A stretch of DNA of 32,000 nt from Gemmata obscuriglobus (GTDB lineage: Bacteria; Planctomycetota; Planctomycetia; Gemmatales; Gemmataceae), in the NCBI RefSeq assembly GCF_008065095.1, contig NZ_CP042911.1, positions 7,650,001 through 7,682,000 of the forward strand. The letters are read 5' to 3'. The notes under the pieces are model-generated. The model did no database searches. It was not told where the DNA came from and was given only the letters and a program-made list of their open reading frames with translations. Shown here piece by piece: positions 1 to 9,794 of the stretch; position 1 is the stretch's first letter; each line of letters begins with the position of its first letter. A program made the translations under genes and the position numbers.

Positions 1-368
1 GCCGGCGCGGTCGCCACTCACATGGCTCGCCAGGGGTTCATCCGCTCGTATCGCTCAGACCGCTCAGAGCCGCTTCGACTTCGACTTCAAGACGCGCGGC
101 CGTATCAAGACCCAGACCTAACGCATAACCCGCTTCCCAACCGGCCGCGAGATACGTCGCCTTCGCGGCGACGGCATCACTCGTCGCTTGAAGTTCGGTG
201 CTCGCGTGCCAGAGGGTCATGGTTGTATCGTGTGTAAGCTGTGATCCGTTGTTGTTGACCGCGGGGATTGTTGCCCCTCACTCGCGGTGTACGCTAGATA
301 GACGCGGAACCTATAAGCGGGTTCGCACGAAACCGATTTTATTTTGTCCCCGTGTTGGGAACCGAACG

Positions 369-1457
369 GTGAGCGAGTTGGAACGCTGGATGCGGCACGC
401 CCTGGCGCTGGCCGCCCGGGGCCGCGGGGCCGTCGAGCCGAACCCGATGGTCGGGGCGGTGGTGCTCGACCCGACCGGGAAGCCGGTCGGCGAGGGCTGG
501 CACCAGAAGTTCGGCGGCCCGCACGCGGAGGTGTTCGCCCTTCAGGCCGCTGGGGCACGTGCCCGCGGCGGAACACTCCTCGTCACCCTTGAGCCGTGCT
601 GCCACCACGGGAAAACGCCGCCCTGTACCGATGCGGTGCTGCGGGCCGGTGTGGCGCGCGTGGTCGCGGCGATGGCCGACCCCTTCCCGCGCGTCGCCGG
701 GGGCGGGTTGGCGCTCCTCCGCGCCGCCGGGGTGGACGTTCAAGTCGGGTTGTGCGAAGCGGACGCGCGGGCGCTCAACGCGCCGTACCTGAAGTTGCTG
801 AGCACCGGGCGCCCGTGGGTCCACGCAAAATGGGCCATGACGCTCGACGGCAAGCTCGCGGCCCGGACCGGCGACTCCAAATGGATCAGCGGTGCCGAGT
901 CGCGCCGGCGCGTCCACGAGTTGCGCGGGCGGCTCGACGCGATCCTCGTGGGGCGCGGAACGGTCGTCGCGGACGACCCGCTCCTAACGGCCCGGCCCGC
1001 GGGCGTGCGCGTGCCCGCGCGGGTGGTGCTGACCGCGTCCGGAGAGCTACCGGCGGCGTGTCAGTTACGCGCCACCGCGCGCGAGGCGCCCGTCCTCGTG
1101 TACACCGCCAACCCCGGAAAGCTCGGCGGGTGGGCCGCCGACGGCGCGGAGGTCGTCGGCTTCGGTGAGCTGACCCTCGACGCCGTTCTCGCGGATCTGG
1201 GCCGGCGGCGCTTCACAAACGTGCTGCTGGAGGGCGGCGCGGGGCTATTGGGGGCGGCTCGTGATGCGGACGCGATCGACGAGTTTCACGTGTTTATCGC
1301 GCCAAAGGTGGTCGGCGGAAGTGCGGCGCTGACGCCCGTCGGCGGTACGGGCGCCGCGCGGATGGCGGAGGCGCTGACGCTCGAAGGGGTGACGTTCGAG
1401 CCGTCCGGCGCGGACGTGTACGTCCACGGGTTCGCGCCGGGTCGGGTCGTTGTGTAA
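369..1457 (+). CDS. ribD: Bifunctional riboflavin biosynthesis protein RibD (pyrimidine deaminase / 5-amino-6-(5-phosphoribosylamino)uracil reductase)
   Basis: Lies in the frame of ORF 198..1457. It has the deaminase zinc motif (GGPHAEVFAL ... LEPCCHHGKTPPC) and the C-terminal RibD reductase region (WVHAKWAMTLDGKLAARTGDSKWISG ... LVGRGTVVADDPLLTAR). I set the start at GTG 369 (VSELERWMRHALALA); ATG 390 is the alternative. The 198-368 extension does not look like protein. Confidence 0.9.
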   Translation: MSELERWMRHALALAARGRGAVEPNPMVGAVVLDPTGKPVGEGWHQKFGGPHAEVFALQAAGARARGGTLLVTLEPCCHHGKTPPCTDAVLRAGVARVVAAMADPFPRVAGGGLALLRAAGVDVQVGLCEADARALNAPYLKLLSTGRPWVHAKWAMTLDGKLAARTGDSKWISGAESRRRVHELRGRLDAILVGRGTVVADDPLLTARPAGVRVPARVVLTASGELPAACQLRATAREAPVLVYTANPGKLGGWAADGAEVVGFGELTLDAVLADLGRRRFTNVLLEGGAGLLGAARDADAIDEFHVFIAPKVVGGSAALTPVGGTGAARMAEALTLEGVTFEPSGADVYVHGFAPGRVVV

Positions 1458-1475
1458 CGTGCGGACGTTGCGCCC

Positions 1476-1495
1476 GGGCGGCGCTGCTGCCGCCC
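1476..1495. terminator. Short GC hairpin between convergent ribD and histidine kinase (candidate bidirectional terminator)
   Basis: GGGCGGC-gctgct-GCCGCCC has a 7-bp stem and 6-nt loop. It sits in the 41-bp gap between the ribD stop (1457) and the kinase stop (1499). There is no clear U-tract. Confidence 0.3.
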
Positions 1496-1498
1496 CAC

Positions 1499-3136
1499 TC
1501 ACTGCACGGCCTTGATGGTCATGGTGAACGTGCTGCCCTTTCCCGGCTCGCTGCGGACGGTGATCTGCCCGCCCATCGCGGCGCACAGCCGCTGACTAAT
1601 CGCCAGCCCCAGCCCGGTCCCGCCGAACTTGCGCCCGGCCGTCGAATCGACCTGGGTGAACGCCTGGAACAGCCGCCCCACCTGCTCCGGCGTCATCCCG
1701 ATACCGGTGTCGGACACCGCCACCTGGACCGAGTCCACCCCGGACACCGGCGCCCGCCGGGCGGTCACCTTCACCAGCCCGTCCCGCGTGAACTTGCACG
1801 CGTTGCCCACCAGGTTCAGCACGCACTGGCGGATGCGCGTCGGGTCGCCCATCGCGCGGCCCAGGTCCGGCGGGCAGTCCAGCTCGATCCGGTTGTTGTT
1901 TTTCTTCGCCAGCGGCTCCACCGACACCATCAGGTCGTGGATCAGGCTCGCGGGCGCGTACGGGTCGTTGGCGATCTCGAGCTTGCCCGCCTCGATCTTC
2001 GAGAAGTCCAGGATGTCGTTGATGAGCGCCAGCAGGTGCTGCCCCGCGCTGTGGACCTGCTGGAGGTCGGCCGTGTACTGCGGCAGGTTGTCCACCGCGG
2101 CCTGTTCGAGCAGCATTTCCGAGTAGCCGATGATCGTGGTGAGCGGGGTGCGCAGCTCGTGGCTCACCGTCGCCAGGAACCCGCTCTTGGTGCGGTCGGC
2201 CTCCTCGGCGGCCTCCTTGGCCACCCGCAGCCGGTTGGTCTCGTCGTCCTTCTCCAGGCGCTGCAGGCCGGCCCCGACCGCGGTCGCGAGCAGTTGCACC
2301 ACCTGGGCCTCCAGCGGCCCGATCTCGCGGCCCCGGGCGCGCTGCATCCGGCTCCCGTACACCACCCCGACCACGCGGTCCTTGGCGTCGAAGAACGGGG
2401 ACACCACCACGCCCTGCACCCCGACCAGGCTCTCGCCCCCGCCGGCCGCCGCCGCGCCCACGTAGAACGTGCGCTTCTCGGTCAGCGCCTGGTTCACCAG
2501 CGCGTGACTGAACGCCCGCCCGGGCTGCTTCTCGTCGCGCACCACCTGCGCCACCACCCGCCACGCGTCCCCGTCGCGGGTCAGGACGATGCCGGTGTCC
2601 AGCCCGATGTGCTCGACCAGCGCCGCCGCGGCCTGCTTGTAGAAGGCGTCGGGCTCGCCCGCCTTCTGGACGTTCACCACCGTTTCGAGCCACCCGACGA
2701 TCTCCTCGGGCTTGGCACCCTCGCTGCGGTCGATCAGCGCCGGCTGGGTGCCGGACCCGGCGGCGCCGACGGCCCGCACCGGCGCCGCGATGGTCTTCAG
2801 CACGTTCACCGACACCGGCTCCGAGTCGCCCGAGTCCACGTCGATGACCGTCTCGCCGATCGCCAGCCGCACCGGCAGCAGGTAGTCGCAGTCGGCCCCC
2901 GGGTTCAGCACCGCGTGGTTGTCTACCGTGACCGGCGCCTTGGTGCTGAGGTTCGCCACCTTCACCTTGCGCCCGGGCTGCTCCTCCAGTCGGATGTGGT
3001 CCCGGGACACGAACGCGTCGCGCACCACCACCCGGCTGACGCCGGACCGCATCGGCCCGCGCCCCAGCTCCAGCGGCCCGCTCTGGTGCGTGAGCTGCTG
3101 CGTCTCCAGGTTGTTCTTGATGGTCAGCGTGAGCAT
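1499..3136 (-). CDS. Sensor histidine kinase with N-terminal FHA domain and central GAF-like domain (cytoplasmic, no TM segment evident)
   Basis: FHA-like N-terminus: LELGRGP...VVVRDAFVSRDHIRLEEQ...VANLSTKAPVTVDNHAV. GAF-like middle: IGLDTGIVLTRDGDAWRVV...VVSPFFDAKDRVVGVVYGSR. H-box: FLATVSHELRTPLTTIIGYSEML. N-box: LNLVGNACKFT. G1: VSDTGIGM. G2: GGTGLGLAISQRL. Confidence 0.9.
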   Translation of the reverse strand: MLTLTIKNNLETQQLTHQSGPLELGRGPMRSGVSRVVVRDAFVSRDHIRLEEQPGRKVKVANLSTKAPVTVDNHAVLNPGADCDYLLPVRLAIGETVIDVDSGDSEPVSVNVLKTIAAPVRAVGAAGSGTQPALIDRSEGAKPEEIVGWLETVVNVQKAGEPDAFYKQAAAALVEHIGLDTGIVLTRDGDAWRVVAQVVRDEKQPGRAFSHALVNQALTEKRTFYVGAAAAGGGESLVGVQGVVVSPFFDAKDRVVGVVYGSRMQRARGREIGPLEAQVVQLLATAVGAGLQRLEKDDETNRLRVAKEAAEEADRTKSGFLATVSHELRTPLTTIIGYSEMLLEQAAVDNLPQYTADLQQVHSAGQHLLALINDILDFSKIEAGKLEIANDPYAPASLIHDLMVSVEPLAKKNNNRIELDCPPDLGRAMGDPTRIRQCVLNLVGNACKFTRDGLVKVTARRAPVSGVDSVQVAVSDTGIGMTPEQVGRLFQAFTQVDSTAGRKFGGTGLGLAISQRLCAAMGGQITVRSEPGKGSTFTMTIKAVQ

Positions 3137-3201
3137 GGGATGTTCCGCAGATCGGGACGCGACCGCATACAGCAGCGGTCCAAGTCGAGCAGCTTGCGCC
3201 C

Positions 3202-3271
3202 GCCACCCGCCCGCTGACGCCGGCGGTTCGACGGTAATTTCTCGAACCGCCGGCCTCAGCGGGCGGGTGGC
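3202..3271 (-). terminator. 70-nt hairpin (30-bp arms, 1 mismatch, 10-nt loop) 9 nt downstream of the Hsp70-like stop; candidate terminator/attenuator or REP-like element
   Basis: The left arm GCCACCCGCCCGCTGACGCCGGCGGTTCGA (3202-3231) pairs with TCGAACCGCCGGCCTCAGCGGGCGGGTGGC (3242-3271). The loop is CGGTAATTTC. No U-tract follows on the transcribed (minus) strand, so a terminator function is uncertain. Confidence 0.4.
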
Positions 3272-3280
3272 ACCTCCGCA

Positions 3281-6121
<2,841 letters not shown>

Positions 6122-6125
6122 AGTC

Positions 6126-6206
6126 AGTCGCAAGTCGTAAAGTCGCAAGTCGTAAGGTCGAAGGCGGGGCGGAAGTCGGGTCCGTGGGGACGCACAACTT
6201 GCGACT
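6126..6206. promoter_or_regulatory. Tandem 15-mer (AGTCGCAAGTCGTAA x2, plus a degenerate third copy) and an inverted copy of its 10-nt core in a divergent intergenic region
   Basis: Direct copies lie at 6126-6140 and 6141-6155, followed by GGTCGAAGG. The inverted core ACTTGCGACT lies at 6197-6206. All are inside the 113-bp gap between the divergent starts at 6121 (-) and 6235 (+). This is a candidate operator or iteron-like site; its function is not shown. Confidence 0.4.
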
Positions 6207-6234
6207 GGACGGCCTTCGGCGGTATCGTGACCGC

Positions 6235-7329
6235 ATGGCAACAACAATCTTAGGGCTGGACATCGGCGGCGCAAACCTGAAGGCGGCGACGCACGACAAG
6301 CGCGCGGTTTCGGTGCCGTTCCCGCTGTGGAAGCAACCGGACAAGTTGCCGGCCGCTCTCGCGGACCTGGTCGCCAAATTTCCCGACGCCGACGAACTCG
6401 CCGTCACGATGACCGGCGAGTTGTGCGACTGCTTCGAGACGAAGCGGGACGGCGTCCACGCGATCATTAAAGCCGTCCGGTTCGCGAGCGCGGCCCGGCC
6501 GATCCGCGTCTGGAGCACCGACGGGGCGTTTCTTAACAGCGAGGAGGCGAAAGCACACCACATGAAGGTGGCCGCGGCGAACTGGCACGCGCTGGCGACC
6601 TTGGCGGGCCAGTACGTACCCGAGGGGCGCGCGATTCTCGTCGATGTCGGTTCCACCACCACCGACATTATTCCGATCCTCGACGGCAAACCGGTGCCGC
6701 GCGGGCTGACCGATTACGACCGGCTGTTTAACCACGAACTGATTTACACCGGCACCCGGCGCACACCGGTGTGCGCGATCAAACCGTGGCTGACCGCTGC
6801 CGAATTGTTCGCCACCACGCTCGACGTGTACCTGACCCTCAACCTGATTCCCGAGAACCCGAATGACTGCGACACCGCCGATGGGCGCCCGGCAACCCGA
6901 AAGCACGCCCACGCCCGGCTCGCCCGAATGTACTGTGCGGACGCGACCGAAGTGCCAGAGGACCACACCCGCACGCTGGCCGAAGGGGTGCGTGACGAAC
7001 AACTCGCAAAGATCCGCCATGCCGTCGGCGTTGTTCGGGATCGGCTGAAATATATGCAAGCGGACGGCAGCACGTCGTTCTTACGCCGCCTCATACTCAA
7101 GCGTTTCGAAAAGACGGGAGAGCCCTCTTATGATCTCCTCGAGAACGGCGGCGACGACCTGCTCACCGAAGGCCCAAAGATTTGCGAAATCGTCTCGGGC
7201 TCCGGCGAGTTCCTCGCACGGGCGGCGACGTCCGCGGACATTTCGCTGAACGACCAACTCGGTCCCGAGGTGTCCGCTTGCGCACCGGCGTATGCGGTCG
7301 CGGTGCTGGCCGCGGAGCGTCCGGCATGA
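6235..7329 (+). CDS. Hydantoinase/oxoprolinase-A-like ASKHA ATPase of the type annotated as 'probable H4MPT-linked C1 transfer pathway protein'
   Basis: MATTILGLDIGGANLKAA... and ILVDVGSTTTDIIPI are ASKHA phosphate-binding motifs, and the overall layout resembles the hydantoinase_A family. The H4MPT-linked label is from my memory of the TIGRFAM family and needs an HMM check. The start is ATG 6235, and the stop overlaps the next start (ATGA at 7326-7329). Confidence 0.75.
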   Translation: MATTILGLDIGGANLKAATHDKRAVSVPFPLWKQPDKLPAALADLVAKFPDADELAVTMTGELCDCFETKRDGVHAIIKAVRFASAARPIRVWSTDGAFLNSEEAKAHHMKVAAANWHALATLAGQYVPEGRAILVDVGSTTTDIIPILDGKPVPRGLTDYDRLFNHELIYTGTRRTPVCAIKPWLTAAELFATTLDVYLTLNLIPENPNDCDTADGRPATRKHAHARLARMYCADATEVPEDHTRTLAEGVRDEQLAKIRHAVGVVRDRLKYMQADGSTSFLRRLILKRFEKTGEPSYDLLENGGDDLLTEGPKICEIVSGSGEFLARAATSADISLNDQLGPEVSACAPAYAVAVLAAERPA

Positions 7330-7993
7330 TCGTCGTGAAGGTCGGCGGGAGCCTCTACGATCACCCCGCGCTCGGGCCGGCGCTCTGCGCGTTCGTGGAA
7401 TCGCTCCAACCAGCGGAAGTGCTATTCGTACCCGGGGGCGGTGAAGTCGCGGACGCGGTGCGCGCCCTCGACCGCACGCACGCGCTGGGAGAAGAGGCCG
7501 CGCACTGGGTCGCGCTGCGGGCGCTGAGTGTGACCGCGGCGTTCCTGGAGCGGATCGTAGGCAGACCTACCCCCCCCGCCCCCCCCCCCTGAAGGGAAGG
7601 GGGGAGAATTCACGAATCGCGTCCTGCGCGTCGGATATGCGATCCGGTTCCGAGGTGCTTTTCTCCCCCCTTCCCTTCAGGGAGGGGGGGCCGGGGGGGG
7701 TAGGTCCCCGCGTCCTCGACTGCTACACCTTTGCCCGCGAGGACGAGTCCCGCCCCGGCGCGCTGCCGCACACCTGGGACGTCACCACCGACTCGATTGC
7801 CGCTCGGGCCGCGCTGGTGTTCGGCGCCGAGCGGCTGGTGCTGCTCAAGTCGGTCGATGTCCCGACCGGAAGTTCCTGGGAAGACGCTGCCGCGAACGGC
7901 TGGGTGGACGCGCACTTTCCCCGCGTCGCGGCGCTTTTGCGCTGCCCGGTGGGAGCCGTTAACTTCCGTGCAAAGCTCGACGCCCACGCCTGA
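7326..7993 (+). pseudogene. Amino-acid-kinase-fold (aspartate/glutamate/uridylate kinase family) gene interrupted by a 143-bp hairpin element with a frame change
   Basis: The N-terminal half (7326-7563) reads MIVVKVGGSLYDHPALG...FVPGGGEVADAVR...AAFLERIVG and then hits TGA at 7590 inside the insert. The C-terminal half (7709-7993) reads RVLDCYTFAREDESRPGALPHTWDVTTDSIAARAALVFGAERLVLLKSVD... and lies in a different frame. Removing the insert joins them in frame. Confidence 0.7.
7564..7706. mobile_element. MITE-like palindromic element (about 45-nt terminal inverted repeats rich in C/G homopolymers, 52-nt core)
   Basis: The left arm is GACCTA-C8-G-C11-TGAAGGGAAGGGGGGAGAA (7564-7608). The right arm (7661-7706) is its reverse complement with 2-3 differences. 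GTAGG occurs at 7557-7561 and again at 7700-7704, 143 bp apart, which may be a target-site duplication. The element encodes no protein. Confidence 0.65.
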
Positions 7994-8059
7994 ACTGGTG
8001 GCGTGTTCTATGCTTGGCGCGAACGACACTCACTCGCCCACGCAGGAACTCCGAGCGCC

Positions 8060-9706
8060 ATGCGGTTCATCATCGCCAACGAGTTCTACCAGCAGATGAT
8101 CTCCACCCCGGGACACACCCCGGACTGCTACGTCCGGCCGGGGGAGTACCTGCACCACATGTACATCGACGGGGTCAAGTACGCGGTGGCGCCCGCGGTG
8201 CTCGACTGCCTCGCCGCGGCCGAGGAGAAGGGCGACCAGGAGGCCGTCGCGCACCTGAAGCTCCACAAGCTGCACTACGAGGCCCTGCTCGCCGACGCCG
8301 AGCGCACCGGCACCCTCACGGAGGACGTGACGCTGCTCGGGGACGCGCCGCCCACCGACGAGGAGGCGCTCCCGGCGACCGATAACGCGTACGCCCCGCG
8401 CGTCCCGGCCAAGTGGGAAGACCTGGGGCTCGAACTGCCGTACCTGTTCGAGATGGCGCTGCGCACCATTTACACGCGCGGGCACGTCACCGGGGGCGAG
8501 CTGGCCACCGCGATGGCCGTCCCGTTTGCCATCATCAACCCGGTGTTCCAGGCGATGCGCAAGCAGTCGCTGATCGACATCGTGGCCCAGCGCGGCAACA
8601 GCGGCGACGCCAGCTTCGTGTACGCGATCAAGCCGCCCAAGGGCGAGGACGCGCTCCGCGACGCCCTCGACAAGACCACCTACACCGGCCCCGCCCCGGT
8701 GCCGTTCGCCGACTACGTCGAGTCCGTGATGGCCCAGACCATCAAGCGGCTCGTCGTGACGCGCCGCAGCATCCGCCGGGCGTTCGAGGACCTCATCATC
8801 ACCGACGAGGCGTTCAACGAGATCGGCCCCGCGATCAACTCGGCGCAGAGCATCTTCTTCTTCGGGTACCCCGGCAACGGGAAGACCAGCGTGGCCGAGC
8901 GCATCACCCGGCTCATGGGCGACGCGATCTACATCCCCCACGCGGTGGAGGCGAACGGCCAGGTCATCAAGCTGTTCGACCCGATCCAGCACACCCCCGT
9001 CCAGGACGCCGACCAGCAGGACGTGACCGAAACCATCCTGAAGCGGGGCACCCTGTTCGACCAGCGGTTCATCCGGGTGAAGCGGCCGACGATCGTGGTG
9101 GGCGGCGAGCTCACGATGCCGATGCTGGACCTGAAGTACAACGAGGTGGGCAAGTACTACGAGGCGCCGCTCCAGATGAAGGCCAACGGCGGCATCTTCA
9201 TGATCGACGACTTCGGGCGCCAGCAGGTGCGGGCGATGGACCTGCTGAACCGCTGGATCGTGCCGCTGGAGAAGAAGTACGACTACCTCAACACGGTCAA
9301 CGGGACCAAGATCGAGGTGCCGTTCGACCAGCTCCTGATCTTCAGCACGAACCTGGATCCGCACCAGCTCGCCGACGAGGCGTTCCTGCGGCGCATCAAG
9401 TTCAAGATCGAGATCCGCGACCCGGACGAGGCGCAGTACCGACGCATCTGGGAGCTGGTGTGCAAGGGGCGGCGCGTGGAGTTCGACCCGCGCGGCGTCG
9501 ATTACCTGGTTCAGAAGTGGTACAAGCCGACGAGCCGGCCGTTCCGGATGTGCCAGCCGCGCGACATCCTGGACCAGATGATGAGCATCGCGAAGTACAA
9601 CATGGAGCGGGTCAACTTCAGCCCGGACCTCATCGACGCCGCCTGCGCGACCTACTTCGTCAGCGACCACAAGAAGGACTTCGGCGCGAAGGTGCGGATG
9701 GACTAA
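8060..9706 (+). CDS. AAA+ ATPase with uncharacterised N-terminal region and a winged-helix-like domain
   Basis: Walker A is FFFGYPGNGKTSVAE and Walker B is GGIFMIDDFGRQ. A MoxR/AAA_5-like segment reads LLNRWIVPLEKKYDYLNTVNGTKIEVPFDQLLIFSTNLDP...AFLRRIKFKIEI. A wHTH-like segment (GHVTGGELATAMAVPFAIINPVFQAMRKQSLIDIV) precedes the ATPase. The start is ATG 8060; GTG 8003 is the alternative. Confidence 0.8.
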   Translation: MRFIIANEFYQQMISTPGHTPDCYVRPGEYLHHMYIDGVKYAVAPAVLDCLAAAEEKGDQEAVAHLKLHKLHYEALLADAERTGTLTEDVTLLGDAPPTDEEALPATDNAYAPRVPAKWEDLGLELPYLFEMALRTIYTRGHVTGGELATAMAVPFAIINPVFQAMRKQSLIDIVAQRGNSGDASFVYAIKPPKGEDALRDALDKTTYTGPAPVPFADYVESVMAQTIKRLVVTRRSIRRAFEDLIITDEAFNEIGPAINSAQSIFFFGYPGNGKTSVAERITRLMGDAIYIPHAVEANGQVIKLFDPIQHTPVQDADQQDVTETILKRGTLFDQRFIRVKRPTIVVGGELTMPMLDLKYNEVGKYYEAPLQMKANGGIFMIDDFGRQQVRAMDLLNRWIVPLEKKYDYLNTVNGTKIEVPFDQLLIFSTNLDPHQLADEAFLRRIKFKIEIRDPDEAQYRRIWELVCKGRRVEFDPRGVDYLVQKWYKPTSRPFRMCQPRDILDQMMSIAKYNMERVNFSPDLIDAACATYFVSDHKKDFGAKVRMD

Positions 9707-9794
9707 CGGCGGGCGTCGCACCCTCCACGGGTTCAGCCGCGAAGGCCCTCGTGCCGGTGTCCGCTCGCGGGGCCGCGCGAAAAACGAGAGCGGC

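Noticed and set aside
38-220. A 60-aa minus-strand ORF (MTLWHASTELQATSDAVAAKATYLAAGWEAGYALG...) in the 368-bp non-coding stretch at the window start
   Set aside because: It has no Shine-Dalgarno-like sequence upstream. Many of its codons end in T or A (CTT, GGT, GAT, TAT), unlike the confident genes here. It has no recognisable family, so it is not reported as a gene.
198-368. A possible FMN (RFN) riboswitch or leader upstream of ribD, and the 5' extension of the ribD ORF
   Set aside because: I could not find the conserved RFN core strings (for example GGGxAGGGUGAAAUUCCC...ACCGGCGGU, or AGUCxGGAUG). Only generic short hairpins are present. The extension peptide (MLACQRVMVVSCVSCDPLLL...) is not RibD-like.
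6122-6274. The N-terminal extension of the Hsp70-like ORF (MRRRCPALRLLL...YDLRLYDLRLT)
   Set aside because: The canonical Hsp70 N-terminus (MGRYLVGIDLGTTN) begins at ATG 6121. The extension translates the tandem 15-mer repeat and overlaps the divergent gene's start region.
7637-7708. Treating ORF 7637..7993 as an independent gene starting at ATG 7637 (MRSGSEVLFSPLPFREGGPGGVGP...)
   Set aside because: The first 24 codons are translated from the core and right arm of the palindromic element. Only the part from about 7709 resembles the amino-acid-kinase C-terminus, so I treat it as a gene fragment.
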